64,000 nt of DNA from Blastocatellales bacterium (GCA_050187295.1 JBFWXQ010000001.1:27574-91573); one strand, 5' to 3'. Shown: positions 21,682-31,478, numbered from the stretch's first letter. Notes: a model not told the origin generated them from the letters alone. Translations and numbers: made by a program.

Positions 21682-22317
21682 ATGAGACCGAATAAACAGG
21701 TTCTGTTCGTTTCAATCTTCATCTTGCTCACGGCGTTTTGTTCGACGGCGATGGCTCAATCCGAGCTTCCTAAAACAGAGGTAGGCATACAAGTGACTTT
21801 GCCGATAGCCACAGTAAATCAGTTCCTTACGGACACAGGAATCGGAGGAAGGCTCACTTACAATTTGAATGAGCATATAGCTGTGGAAGGCGCAGTAAGC
21901 TATTTCCCCAACAATCTTGGCATTTGCGATATTGGAGCAGGTTTTTGCAATGTTCGAAGGTATGAAGGATTCGGCGATCAAAGGCTGCTCGGTGTATTTG
22001 GCGCAAAAGCCGGTTACCGTTATGACAAGTTCGGCCTTTTTCTGAAGGCCAGACCAGGCTTTATTCAGTTGGATAAATTCGAAGGAAAAACAACGGGCTG
22101 TGTGACACGCATTCGGAACTTGGGCCCGGATGAGGGACCCTGTGTCAGCAGAGTCAACTTCTTTGCATTCGATACGGGCGGCGTTATCGAGTTTTATCCG
22201 TCAAGGCCTCTGATGCTCCGCACGGATCTTGGAACGGCGTTGGTTTGGCAGCGCAACGCCCCCAGCAGAGTAAAAGGCCTGGTTCAGGTCAGCATCGGAG
22301 TCGGTTTGCGTTTTTGA
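21682..22317 (+). CDS. Outer-membrane beta-barrel-like hypothetical protein
   Basis: Start at MRPNKQ (ATG 21682) after an AAGGAG RBS. Signal peptide ends at AMA-Q. Alternating amphipathic beta strands. C-terminal 'VGLRF' ends in Phe. Confidence 0.5.
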   Translation: MRPNKQVLFVSIFILLTAFCSTAMAQSELPKTEVGIQVTLPIATVNQFLTDTGIGGRLTYNLNEHIAVEGAVSYFPNNLGICDIGAGFCNVRRYEGFGDQRLLGVFGAKAGYRYDKFGLFLKARPGFIQLDKFEGKTTGCVTRIRNLGPDEGPCVSRVNFFAFDTGGVIEFYPSRPLMLRTDLGTALVWQRNAPSRVKGLVQVSIGVGLRF

Positions 22318-22331
22318 TTTATTTTGCCGAT

Positions 22332-22607
22332 TCAACGAAGCGGATCGCCGGAGTTGATGTGAAAGTGCAGGTGTTTGGAATCCTGATACTGACCCAGGTT
22401 GGTCAGCACGCGAGCCGCGCCGTGTTCGGCGACGACTTTGGCAGCGATTTGTTTGATCGCGTCGAACAATTCAATCAGCAATTGGTCGTCGTCTTATTCG
22501 AGCGTCAGCAGGGAGTTGATGTGTCGTTTGAGAATGACGACGATGTGAACCGGCCAGAACGGTCGAGTGTGGTGGAACGCCAGCACGTATTCTGTTTCCA
22601 GGACTTC
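22332..22607 (-). pseudogene. Truncated, frameshifted copy of the HIT-family gene (3' ~280 nt duplicated)
   Basis: 22322-22607 is ~90 % identical to 25417-25700. It still encodes …HLHFHINSGDPLR* at the 3' end, but a 1-nt indel near 22480 breaks the frame and the 5' half is missing. Confidence 0.5.
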
Positions 22608-22608
22608 A

Positions 22609-22700
22609 CAGGCGCGGCATTATCCCACCAGTCATGATTTCCCAAAATGGCAAAGACTCCGCATCGCTATGGCCAGCATTGAAGCAAAAACCATTTTGCG
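22609..22700 (-). pseudogene. Relic fragment of a metallophosphoesterase paralog
   Basis: The minus strand encodes 'GVFAILGNHDWWDNAAP', matching 'GVFATLGNHDWWYNAARV' of the 17245..18102 gene (~85 % nt identity), followed by an in-frame stop. Confidence 0.35.
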
Positions 22701-22741
22701 GCGAGACCAGGGCTGCATCGGGCCAGTTTGATTCAAATGCC

Positions 22742-25402
22742 TTACCTCCTTTTGCCGGATTCTCTAACGGTCAGTTCCAGCGTGGCTGATTGGTACTTAT
22801 TGCTTTCGTTTGATGCAGGAAATGCCACCTCAATCAGCTTCCAATCATCAGCCTCACTTTTGAGCTTGCCGCCCTGAACATTGAGTATGCTCATTCCACC
22901 GCGAAAACGCAGTTCATAGCCGTGCCCGGCAAGTCCTTCCACTTTGAGTATCAAACGATTCGTTGCCGGAGTGGTGACTTCCAATACCTTCAGAGAGGTA
23001 GTGCGTTCGCCAACCTGAGCCGGCAGGTTTATCGCTTCAAATTCGATACCGTCTTTATAGCTGATTTCGATTACGCTTCGGCGTTTCAACAAAGCTTCGA
23101 ACTGGCAGGCTGTGTTCGCGCCGTAATAGCCGGTTGTGAATTTGACCTGTTTGCCGTCAACCGTCACGCGTGTGATTTTTGCCAGTGCCGGTAGAGCGGG
23201 TGACAGCGCCAGCTTCAATGGTTCGTCATCCTGTTTTTCCATCTCAAGCCTGAGCCGCGAATCGGGCACGCGGCGCGATTTCAATTTGCTTTGATCAACC
23301 GGAAATCGCGTCGTGGTGATCGTCAGTTTGCCTGGGCCTATGCGGTAGTTTTTGATTTGCAGTCTGTCCCACGATGCCGGAAGTTGCGGCGCGATGCGAA
23401 GCGTTTGTTTGGCGGCATCGGCTCTGAACCCCATCAGGCCGCGAATGAAAGGAGTGACGACCATTCCTGTCGAAAACAATTGATGCGGTACTGATTCATC
23501 CAAAGGACGGTAATAATCACCCGAAAGAATTTCTGGCTGATAACCCAGCGAATGATCGAAGGCGAGGTTTGCCACTTGTTGCAAATGATCGAAGCCGGAA
23601 TGCGGGCGGTGGTATTCGTATTCAGCGCAGGCGACAAAGCCTGTCAGGAAAGGCCAGACCCCGCCGTTGTTGTAAGCGATGGGATCGTAGGCCGGGCTGC
23701 GATTGCTGAGCATTCGCGCGCCCCAATCCGTGCTGATGGCCGATGAACTCAGACCATTGAGCGTTTCGCTGATTCGTTTGGCATCGAGTTGGCCGAACAT
23801 CATCGGCACGGCCGCCCAGGCTGTGATTTCGTTATTCTGCTTGCCGGTTTTGGTCAATGCGTACGCATAACGATTTGTTTGCGGATTCCAGTAAAGCTCA
23901 TTCAACGAAGCGAAAGCCTTGTTTTCACGCTCAAGCGCAAGACGAGCCAGCGTGCCGTCATTCATTACCTGAGCCAAATCAACCATTGCAGTCGAAGCTT
24001 CAAGGTTGGTTGCCGCCAGATAAATGTCCTGGTGAAGGTCTTCGAGCAACGAGCCTAGTTCCGATGCGCCGAGTCCCGCCATGGAGTTTTCAAGAATTCC
24101 GTCACCGTCTGAATCATTGGCGATGCAAAACTCGTAGGCTTTTTTCAGCGTCGGCCACAGCTCCTCAATCAGCTTTTTGTCGCCGCTTTGCCGGTACAAG
24201 TTGTAAACAGCAGAGATGTAGAACGGCGTCGTGTCGGCGTGAAAGAAAGCATAGGGATATTCTTCGAACCATTTGATCATCGCCGCCGACTGGGAAATTT
24301 CGTGGGTGATCTTGCCATCGGCGCGTTGATATTTGGCCAGAAATTTGAACTCAGCCCGCATAGAATCAAAGTCGCCGTAACCTGTCATTGCATAGGAATT
24401 GATTGCCGCGTCTCCGCCAAAATACCATCCGAAGCCCGGACGCGCGCCATCGCCCGTTGCTCCCCAACCGGCAATCAGTCCAAGTCCGAGTTCAGGGTTG
24501 TCAACCATTCCCTTGTCCATTGCCACTTTTGCCCATTCAAAGGCCAGATTGAATTTAGCATCGGGCGTTTCGACGCTCATCATCTCATCGCGCAATCGGC
24601 GGTAATGGTTGAAAGTCTTCTGGTACTGTTCGGCGACTGAACCGGCCAGACGGTTGTAAAGATCAATCACCGGTTGACGCCCGTTGATGCCAGCGGCAAT
24701 GATCAGCGGGTAATAAGATTGTTTCGCTTGTTGCGGATCGACCTTGATGTCAAAACGCAACGCCCCGGAAGCCAGTTGATGCGCTGGTGTGGAGATACCG
24801 CGAGTTGCCGCCGGACAGCCGAAAAAAGCGTTGAACTTGCGCCGGCTTTCGCTGATCACGAAAGCTTTCATATCGTCACGCCAACCCGCGCTTTGACCGC
24901 CCAAACCGCCGGGCCACATAGGCTTCATGTCGGGCACGAAACTAACGGTGATCGTCAGTGCGCGAGGCGAATCAACATCCAGCAGAATGATCGAACCGGC
25001 CTCGTCAATCGGCGAAAAGAAAGTCGCGCGAATGGTGAACAATTGATTTGAAACAACAAGCGTGGTTGATTCAGGTCGGGCGATGATGCGTTCGACGTTT
25101 GATGCGAAATCAACCGGCGCGTCCTGCCCCTCGACGCTGACTGAAATTCGCGCGTCGTGAAACAGCTTCATCGGAAAAGCCCAGGCTTCGAAGACGCCGT
25201 TTTCGTGACCGAAGATCGCCGATTTTCGGCCAACCGCTTCGTAATAGACATTCGGCTTGGCGGTTCGCGATAATTCAATCGGATTGGCAGGAAGCGCAAA
25301 CTTTGCCGGTAAAGTTGTTTGTGACGGAGTTTGCGCGTGGGCATAAACCCCGCAGGCAAACAGAAGCATGGCAGCAGTATTTAAAATTCTGGGGATCGGC
25401 AT
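22742..25402 (-). CDS. Secreted six-hairpin (alpha/alpha)6 glycosidase-like protein (GDE_C / amylo-alpha-1,6-glucosidase-like superfamily)
   Basis: Signal peptide 'MPIPRILNTAAMLLFACGVYAHAQ'. Motifs 'GWGATGDGARPGFGWYFGGDA', 'GGVWPFLTGF' and 'DGDGILEN' are typical of six-hairpin glycosidases. 886 aa. Confidence 0.5.
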   Translation of the reverse strand: MPIPRILNTAAMLLFACGVYAHAQTPSQTTLPAKFALPANPIELSRTAKPNVYYEAVGRKSAIFGHENGVFEAWAFPMKLFHDARISVSVEGQDAPVDFASNVERIIARPESTTLVVSNQLFTIRATFFSPIDEAGSIILLDVDSPRALTITVSFVPDMKPMWPGGLGGQSAGWRDDMKAFVISESRRKFNAFFGCPAATRGISTPAHQLASGALRFDIKVDPQQAKQSYYPLIIAAGINGRQPVIDLYNRLAGSVAEQYQKTFNHYRRLRDEMMSVETPDAKFNLAFEWAKVAMDKGMVDNPELGLGLIAGWGATGDGARPGFGWYFGGDAAINSYAMTGYGDFDSMRAEFKFLAKYQRADGKITHEISQSAAMIKWFEEYPYAFFHADTTPFYISAVYNLYRQSGDKKLIEELWPTLKKAYEFCIANDSDGDGILENSMAGLGASELGSLLEDLHQDIYLAATNLEASTAMVDLAQVMNDGTLARLALERENKAFASLNELYWNPQTNRYAYALTKTGKQNNEITAWAAVPMMFGQLDAKRISETLNGLSSSAISTDWGARMLSNRSPAYDPIAYNNGGVWPFLTGFVACAEYEYHRPHSGFDHLQQVANLAFDHSLGYQPEILSGDYYRPLDESVPHQLFSTGMVVTPFIRGLMGFRADAAKQTLRIAPQLPASWDRLQIKNYRIGPGKLTITTTRFPVDQSKLKSRRVPDSRLRLEMEKQDDEPLKLALSPALPALAKITRVTVDGKQVKFTTGYYGANTACQFEALLKRRSVIEISYKDGIEFEAINLPAQVGERTTSLKVLEVTTPATNRLILKVEGLAGHGYELRFRGGMSILNVQGGKLKSEADDWKLIEVAFPASNESNKYQSATLELTVRESGKRR

Positions 25403-25425
25403 CGCGCTTGTTTGGTTGTGGCGAT

Positions 25426-25755
25426 TCAGCGTAGCGGATCGCCGGAGTTGATGTGAAAGTGCAGGTGTTTGGAATCCTGATACTGACCCAGGTTGGTCAG
25501 CACGCGAGCCGCGCCGTGTTCGGCGACGACTTTGGCGGCGATTTGTTTGATCGCGTCGAACAATTCAATCAGCAGATTGTTGTCGGCAGGTTCCAGTGTC
25601 AGCAGGGAACTGATGTGTCGTTTGGGAATGACGACGATGTGAACAGGCCAGAACGGACGCGTGTGGTGGAACGCCAGTATGTTTTCCGTTTCCAGGACTT
25701 TGTTGATCGGCGTGCGCCCGCTCAAGGCTTCTTCGCAGTAAAAATCTTCAGTCAT
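25426..25755 (-). CDS. HIT-family (histidine triad) protein
   Basis: 109 aa with a 'HLHFHI' histidine triad near the C-terminus. Confidence 0.85.
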   Translation of the reverse strand: MTEDFYCEEALSGRTPINKVLETENILAFHHTRPFWPVHIVVIPKRHISSLLTLEPADNNLLIELFDAIKQIAAKVVAEHGAARVLTNLGQYQDSKHLHFHINSGDPLR

Positions 25756-25758
25756 AAT

Positions 25759-26475
25759 TCAATCAGAGCCCTTTCCATTCGTTGGAATACGTATGGAAAG
25801 ACAGGTGCGTTGATAAGTAGCTTCAAGATCAACCGGTAAACACAGATTGCCGTGGAGCCAGAGCGGCATTGTTGGCAATGCTGAGCCAACGCTTAACGGT
25901 TCTTCCCAGAAATCAAGGGTGATTTGGCCGAGTTTCTCGACGACACGATATGCCGATGCATAAAGTTCGCATTCCATATCCGTCGCGTCATCGAGTTTTG
26001 ACAGGAGTTCTTTATGTAAATTGCCACTTCGCTCGGTCACGATGTCCACTAAAATCAGCCCGATGCCGTCCTGCAAAAGGGTTTGACACTTGGAAACAAA
26101 CGCATCTCTGCTTGCCGGGCGATCTTTGTTAGCCGGACTTATCAACTCAATAGCTCCAGCCAGAACTGGTCCGGCGGTGCTGTCGAAAACATTTACCTCA
26201 ACTTTGTCGGTGACCAGGGTAAACGGAATGGATTTGGCGGGAGTTGGCGGAGACCAGTTTGAAAGTGCCGCAGTTGTCGCCGCAATTGTTTTTTGGGCGT
26301 CGTCAAATGCAGCAACATCAACCTCGATTCCAAACTGAACATTTGGTTCAGCGAACCAGCCATCAGGCAGCCGTCTGTTTAAGTCAAATGCAATTGTCGT
26401 TGCCCAAGCCTGGTGAAAAGAATGCCAGTGGCGATGACCTTTCAATGGTGGATGAAAATGATCAAGTAAAGGCAT
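25759..26475 (-). CDS. Hypothetical protein (possibly DUF4058-like)
   Basis: Start at MPLLDHFHPPL (ATG 26475) after a GGGGGAG RBS. The 322-aa ORF-track version would overlap hpnJ and lacks an RBS. Confidence 0.45.
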   Translation of the reverse strand: MPLLDHFHPPLKGHRHWHSFHQAWATTIAFDLNRRLPDGWFAEPNVQFGIEVDVAAFDDAQKTIAATTAALSNWSPPTPAKSIPFTLVTDKVEVNVFDSTAGPVLAGAIELISPANKDRPASRDAFVSKCQTLLQDGIGLILVDIVTERSGNLHKELLSKLDDATDMECELYASAYRVVEKLGQITLDFWEEPLSVGSALPTMPLWLHGNLCLPVDLEATYQRTCLSIRIPTNGKGSD

Positions 26476-26491
26476 AGCTCCCCCAGTCAGA

Positions 26492-27943
26492 CTAAATCTG
26501 TCCGGCTTTGACCAGTTCACGGCGACGGGCGCGAGTGGCCAGGTATTCCTTAGCTTCCTTGTACAGGCGTTTGCGTTCAGCCGGTTTGAAGATCGCGCCT
26601 TTGACGATGCGGTAAATCGGTTTCGGGCGGAAGTAATATTCGTCGTAAAACTTGTGAACCCATTCCAGCATTTCCGCTCCCGACAGGTGAGGGAAGTTGG
26701 CCATCGGCAATTGCTGTCCCAATTCATCCGACATGGTCGTGTTCAGAATCACGCCGTTGGCTTTGAACCATTCGTACATTTCTGTTCCGGGGTAAGCGTG
26801 AGCGACCGAAACCTGCAATGTTTCGGCGTCCATCTCTTTGGCGTAGGCGATGGTTTCCTTGATCGTTTCGCGGGTTTCGCCCGGCAAACCGATGATGAAA
26901 TCGGCGTGGACTTTGATTCCGGCGCGCTTGCAATCCTTGACGAATTGCAGCGAGCGTTTGGCGGTGATGCCTTTCTTGATGTTCTTCAGGATTTGTTCAT
27001 TGCCGGATTCAAAACCGACGATGAACAAACGGCATCCGGCGTCGCGCATGACTTTCAGTGTTTCGTAATCCAGATGAGCGCGCGAAGTTGACGACCATTG
27101 AAACTTCAGCGGTTTGAATGCCTTCGACATTTCAATCATTCGGTTAGGATTGAAGGTGAAAGTGTCGTCATCGAAGAAAATTTCCTGCAAGCCTTCGGGT
27201 TTGAAAGCGTCCAGCGCCCATTCCACTTCATCGCGCACGCTTTGGACTGAACGTTGACGCCAGCGATGATCGTCGAAAGTTTGCGGCCACAAACAGAAAG
27301 TGCAAAGCGCAGGACATCCGCGCGTGGAATAAAAAGCTATGTAAGGATGCAACAGGAACGGGACGTTGTATTTGGTGATGTCCATGTCCCGTTTGTAAAT
27401 CGGCGTCACCCACGGCAGTTTGTCCAGGTCTGTGACGAGCGGTTCTGGCACGGTCGAAACCAGCTTGCCGTCACGCAGAAAATGAACCCCGGGAATTTTG
27501 TCGAGCGGCTCTCCGCTGGCAAAACGCGTCACCGTGTAATCGAATTCCTTGTGAGTGACGAAATCAATCGCCGAGCTTGAGCGCAATGCGACTTCAGGAT
27601 GAGTCGTGACGGGCGGGCCGACAAATGCGATCTTCAACGCCGGGTTCAGCTCTTTCATGCGTTCGGCCAGCTTGACGTCGTTTTTGAATCCGACGTGCGA
27701 AGTGAACAGCACAACGAATTCGTAATCTTTGGCAATCTCAGCGGTTTCTTCGGGACTGACGTGATGCGGCGGAGCGTCCAGCAATCTGGATTCCCCGCCG
27801 AGGTCGCGAATCATCGCCGCCGGATAAGCCAGCCAGACCGGATACCAGTAACTTTCAATTTCACGCGTCGCAGGCCAGCGCGAACTGGCGCCGCCGTCGA
27901 ACTTTTCAAATGAAGGCGGATTGAGCAGAAGAGTTTTTAACAA
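26492..27943 (-). CDS. hpnJ: Hopanoid-biosynthesis-associated B12-binding radical SAM protein HpnJ
   Basis: N-terminus 'LLLNPPSFEKFDGGASSRWPATREIESYWYPVWLAYPAAM' matches the HpnJ signature. Radical SAM 'CPALCTFCLW'. Start placed at TTG 27943 (MLKTLLLNPPSF) after AAGGAGA; the ORF-track TTG is at 27964. Confidence 0.8.
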   Translation of the reverse strand: MLKTLLLNPPSFEKFDGGASSRWPATREIESYWYPVWLAYPAAMIRDLGGESRLLDAPPHHVSPEETAEIAKDYEFVVLFTSHVGFKNDVKLAERMKELNPALKIAFVGPPVTTHPEVALRSSSAIDFVTHKEFDYTVTRFASGEPLDKIPGVHFLRDGKLVSTVPEPLVTDLDKLPWVTPIYKRDMDITKYNVPFLLHPYIAFYSTRGCPALCTFCLWPQTFDDHRWRQRSVQSVRDEVEWALDAFKPEGLQEIFFDDDTFTFNPNRMIEMSKAFKPLKFQWSSTSRAHLDYETLKVMRDAGCRLFIVGFESGNEQILKNIKKGITAKRSLQFVKDCKRAGIKVHADFIIGLPGETRETIKETIAYAKEMDAETLQVSVAHAYPGTEMYEWFKANGVILNTTMSDELGQQLPMANFPHLSGAEMLEWVHKFYDEYYFRPKPIYRIVKGAIFKPAERKRLYKEAKEYLATRARRRELVKAGQI

Positions 27944-28291
27944 GGCGTCGTATCTCCTTAACAAACGGCAATTTCATTTTAGGCGCTGCTGGTAATTTAG
28001 TGGGTAAACAGTTTGAGGAAAAAACGAACGGCAAAATCGATAACCATCAGCCATTAACCATTAACAGAGAGGGGGGAAAGTTTTCTCTCCTGCCCAATAA
28101 TTGCTAATGATTAGTGGCTAATGGTTAATTCCTTTCCTTACCCATGGAATTTACAGTAGCACATCAATTGAGAATGAATTATTTCCAAAAACATTCGAAA
28201 GCTTAGCAGCATGGTCGAGGGCTTGCAATTCGCGGTTTTGACTGTAAAGTGCCCGAAATGCCATGCGTTTCCAATCATTCAACCGACAACC

Positions 28292-29185
28292 ATGAACAAG
28301 CAAAATCCAGTGAAGGAATCCAAAAACTCCGACGGCGTCGAATCTGCCTACGCTTATTGCCAGCAGATGGCCGAAGAACATTATGAAAATTTTCCTGTCG
28401 GTTCGGTGCTCGTGCCGAAGCGATTGAGAAAGCACGTTTACAGCATCTACGCTTTTGCGCGCACAGCCGACGATTTTGCGGATGAAGATTATGAAACAAA
28501 CGGCTTGACTGAGGATGTAAGACTGGCAGCTCTGAACGATTGGCAGCAAAAGCTTGAAAGCTGTTATGACGGACGAGCGGATCATCCAATCTTCATCGCC
28601 TTGTCCGAAACTGTCCGCGAGCTTGATTTGCCGATCAAACTTTTCAGAGATCTGCTTTCGGCATTCAAACAGGATGTGGTCAAACGCCGATACGCCAATT
28701 TCGACGAAGTGCTGGATTACTGCGCTCGTTCGGCCAATCCGGTCGGACGGTTGATTCTGCTGTTGTTCGGTTATCGCGACGAAAAACTGATGGAGCTTTC
28801 CGATAACATTTGCACGGCGTTGCAATTGGCGAATTTCTGGCAGGACGTCTCGGTTGACATTCGCAAGGATCGGATTTACCTGCCGCAGGATGAAATGCAG
28901 AAGTTCGCAGTGACGGTCGAAGACCTGCGCGAAAACAGGTTCAGTGAACGATATGCGTCCTTGCTCAAGTTTCAGGTTGAACGCACTTGGCAGCTTTTCG
29001 ATCAGGGAAGACCGTTACCGGAAATGGTCAGCGGAAGACTGAAATACGAATTGCGGCTGACGTGGTTTGGCGGAACGCGTATTCTGCGACTTATCGAAAG
29101 GCTCGGTTACGACACGCTCAATCATCGGCCAGTAATTTCAAGCTTGGACAAATTGGTTTTGCTGGCAAAAATGATCAGCGGGTGA
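28292..29185 (+). CDS. Squalene/phytoene synthase family protein (HpnC/HpnD-like)
   Basis: 'YCQQMAEEHYENFPVGSVL' and 'YAFARTADDFADE' (DxxxD) are typical of trans-isoprenyl diphosphate synthase head-to-head enzymes. Start at MNKQ (28292); no clear RBS. Confidence 0.7.
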   Translation: MNKQNPVKESKNSDGVESAYAYCQQMAEEHYENFPVGSVLVPKRLRKHVYSIYAFARTADDFADEDYETNGLTEDVRLAALNDWQQKLESCYDGRADHPIFIALSETVRELDLPIKLFRDLLSAFKQDVVKRRYANFDEVLDYCARSANPVGRLILLLFGYRDEKLMELSDNICTALQLANFWQDVSVDIRKDRIYLPQDEMQKFAVTVEDLRENRFSERYASLLKFQVERTWQLFDQGRPLPEMVSGRLKYELRLTWFGGTRILRLIERLGYDTLNHRPVISSLDKLVLLAKMISG

Positions 29186-29969
29186 AGAATTCTGTCAGAG
29201 CAGCATTCACTTCCTCGGCCTTCTCGATAAAAAAAAGATGGCCGGCATTGGCCAATTCAATCAACTGCGCGTTTGGAATTCGGTTGGCGATGATTTTTGA
29301 ATTGCCGGGCGGAATCAGAACGTCATCCGCGCCGGTCATCACCAATGTCGGCGATGAAATCTCAGGCAATCGGTCGTAAGCATCGAATCCGTAAACCGCG
29401 TTCAATTGCCGCAGGTAAGCTTGCAGGCTTTGCCGATTGTCCACAAACAACGGGATGAGTGATTCGATCAGTTCTGGCCGGTGCTGTTGCGTGTGAGGTG
29501 AGTAATTGATCGGCGTGCAATCGCGCACAACTTGTTGGCGAGGTTTGCCCGGAAGGCTTTTGAAAATTTCCGTCACCCATTCCGGCGAAGGCACGCAATG
29601 TTTGATTCCGCAATGTGTGCAACCGAGCGCCAGCTTTCTGATTTTGGCAGAATGTCTCAGGGCGAATTCCTGAGCGATCATTCCGCCCATCGAGATGCCG
29701 AAAACAAAAGCTGATTCGATCTTCAGCGCGTCCAGCAATCCCGCCGCGTCGTCCGCCATCTGCGCAATCGAGTATGGTTCGTCGGGTTGATCGGTTTCGC
29801 CAACGCCGCGATTGTCGAATGTGATCAAGCGAAAGCGATGCGATAAGCCTTCAACCTGAAACTTCCATCCATTGCCGCGACCGGCCAGCCCGTAAATCAA
29901 AAGCAGTGGCTCGCCTTCACTGTAGGCTTCGTAATAAAGATTGATTCCGTTGACTTGAACTTCAGGCAT
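29175..29969 (-). CDS. Alpha/beta-fold hydrolase
   Basis: 'GISMGGMIAQ' nucleophile elbow (GxSxG); 264 aa. 3' end overlaps the squalene-synthase-family gene by 11 nt (convergent). Confidence 0.8.
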   Translation of the reverse strand: MPEVQVNGINLYYEAYSEGEPLLLIYGLAGRGNGWKFQVEGLSHRFRLITFDNRGVGETDQPDEPYSIAQMADDAAGLLDALKIESAFVFGISMGGMIAQEFALRHSAKIRKLALGCTHCGIKHCVPSPEWVTEIFKSLPGKPRQQVVRDCTPINYSPHTQQHRPELIESLIPLFVDNRQSLQAYLRQLNAVYGFDAYDRLPEISSPTLVMTGADDVLIPPGNSKIIANRIPNAQLIELANAGHLFFIEKAEEVNAALTEFFTR

Positions 29970-29981
29970 TGTGGCTCATCC

Positions 29982-30350
29982 CTACACCCGGCCAAAATCA
30001 TCCTGCAAACGAACGATGTCATCTTCGCCCAGATAATTGCCGCGCTGGACTTCAATGAAGATGACTTTCTCTTCGCCGGGATTTTCTATCCGATGAGCCG
30101 CACCGACGGGAATGTCTACGTATTGATCGGCGTTGAGCATGATCTCTTTGCCATCAAGGGTGACTTTGGCAGTGCCTTGCACGATGTACCAATGCTCGGC
30201 GCGTTGAGCATGTTTCTGGTAACTCAATCGTTTGCCGGGCAGAACTTCTATGCGTTTGACTTTGTAACCCTCGGCTTCGTCCAGAACGGTGAAGTTTCCC
30301 CACGGGCGTTCGTCGTATTTTGGCGAATTGTTTTCAGATGAAGACATCAA
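29982..30350 (-). CDS. Cupin-domain protein (mannose-6-phosphate isomerase type II C-terminal-like)
   Basis: 'PWGNFTVL…YKVKRIEVLPGKRLSYQKHAQRAEHWYIVQG' cupin motifs; 122 aa. Confidence 0.7.
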   Translation of the reverse strand: MMSSSENNSPKYDERPWGNFTVLDEAEGYKVKRIEVLPGKRLSYQKHAQRAEHWYIVQGTAKVTLDGKEIMLNADQYVDIPVGAAHRIENPGEEKVIFIEVQRGNYLGEDDIVRLQDDFGRV

Positions 30351-30358
30351 AATCGCTC

Positions 30359-30805
30359 CTATAAAGACAGATCATCCAAAACCAGCACTTGCAGTTCGGT
30401 AACACGTTTTAGTTTAGAGTCGTTGGTAAGGAAAGCGTCGCAATTGGCATTAAGCGCCGCGGCAAGTTGAAGTGAATCCGGCAGTTTCAAATTGTATTTA
30501 GCCCGTAATTGGGCCGCGGTTTCACCTGTTTTCTGTTCGATACTGATAAATGTCGTCCCCGTTCCATTAACTACCACATCAATGAAATCCTGGCACAATT
30601 GATTAAGCCCAAGCCGTAACGGATAAACCAAGCATTCAGCCAGGGTGATCGGCGAAGTTACAACGCTTAATTGACCCGCATCCACTCGCTGAAAAATATC
30701 TTTGATTCGATCCAGATAATCAGGATTCTTTTCGACCAAATAAATAATTGGCGCAGTGTCGAGGAAGATTGAGGCAATTCCCTGAAGCGCAATGGAAATG
30801 TTCAC
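30359..30805 (-). CDS. PIN-domain toxin (VapC-like), TA pair 1
   Basis: 'FLDTAPIIYLVE' N-terminal PIN acidic motif. 'DSLQLAAAL' region. Probable GTG start at 30805 overlaps the antitoxin stop (GTGA coupling); alternative ATG at 30820. Confidence 0.7.
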   Translation of the reverse strand: MNISIALQGIASIFLDTAPIIYLVEKNPDYLDRIKDIFQRVDAGQLSVVTSPITLAECLVYPLRLGLNQLCQDFIDVVVNGTGTTFISIEQKTGETAAQLRAKYNLKLPDSLQLAAALNANCDAFLTNDSKLKRVTELQVLVLDDLSL

Positions 30806-31059
30806 CTTGTGCGCTCCCATGATTTCTCGCGTTCACTATCTCCCTCTTGCCTCTCGCGAGAGACCCAGGCTTGAGCATCTTCTTCAGCCAGCGGATATGG
30901 GGCGGCACCCATAACGTCCAGCCAGTTGCGTTTTCCAGACTGTGTAGCAGATTTCTTTCGAGCTTGCTCAATCAATATTGAAGCTAGAGCCAACTGCTCA
31001 TCAGCGGATAGGGTCTCAACCTGGCTTAGAATTTCTTTTACTGTCGGAACCATAAGCAT
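30802..31059 (-). CDS. Putative antitoxin / addiction-module component (TIGR02574-like), TA pair 1
   Basis: 85 aa. 'VKEILSQVETLSADEQLALASILIEQ' resembles the addiction-module-component motif. Overlaps the PIN gene start. Confidence 0.5.
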   Translation of the reverse strand: MLMVPTVKEILSQVETLSADEQLALASILIEQARKKSATQSGKRNWLDVMGAAPYPLAEEDAQAWVSRERQEGDSEREKSWERTR

Positions 31060-31070
31060 TACTCCAAAAT

Positions 31071-31478
31071 CTAAATCACTTTCACGGCCAATCGGGCGGC
31101 GATGGAATTCAGCCGATCATCGTTGGCCCAGAATTCTGCGCATCCGTGATGCTGTGCTGCGGCCAAATGAATCGCGTCGGGCGTTTTGAGTTTCGGATGA
31201 TCGGCGCGCAGTTGAGCAGCTTTCTCGAAAATTGATCTGTTGATCGCAAGATAGTTCGCTCGTTGAAACCAGTTACGGAACTTGTCAATCACCGCCTGCT
31301 GTTGATTTCTAATGGGGATAACCAGGCATTCCATTTCTGACAAAGCTGTGTAAGCCAGGACTGAATCCGGGGAATGCTGCAATCGGGCTTCAATTGGCGA
31401 TCTGTATAACTGATGCTCCTCGACCAGATAAATGATGATGCAGGAATCAAGGTAAATAAGCGGCTGTGTTAATCCCAT
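31071..31478 (-). CDS. PIN-domain toxin (VapC-like), TA pair 2
   Basis: 'IYLDSCIIIYLVE…' with the conserved D. 'DAIHLAAA' motif. 135 aa. Confidence 0.75.
   Translation of the reverse strand: MGLTQPLIYLDSCIIIYLVEEHQLYRSPIEARLQHSPDSVLAYTALSEMECLVIPIRNQQQAVIDKFRNWFQRANYLAINRSIFEKAAQLRADHPKLKTPDAIHLAAAQHHGCAEFWANDDRLNSIAARLAVKVI

Noticed and set aside
22245-22637. 130-aa plus-strand ORF, and its twin at 25453..25839
   Set aside because: Both are antisense to the HIT gene and its duplicated fragment. The similarity between the two ORFs simply reflects the DNA duplication.
28151-28825. 224-aa minus-strand ORF overlapping the squalene-synthase-family gene
   Set aside because: Antisense overlap with a gene that has clear family motifs; the ORF's composition is non-coding-like.
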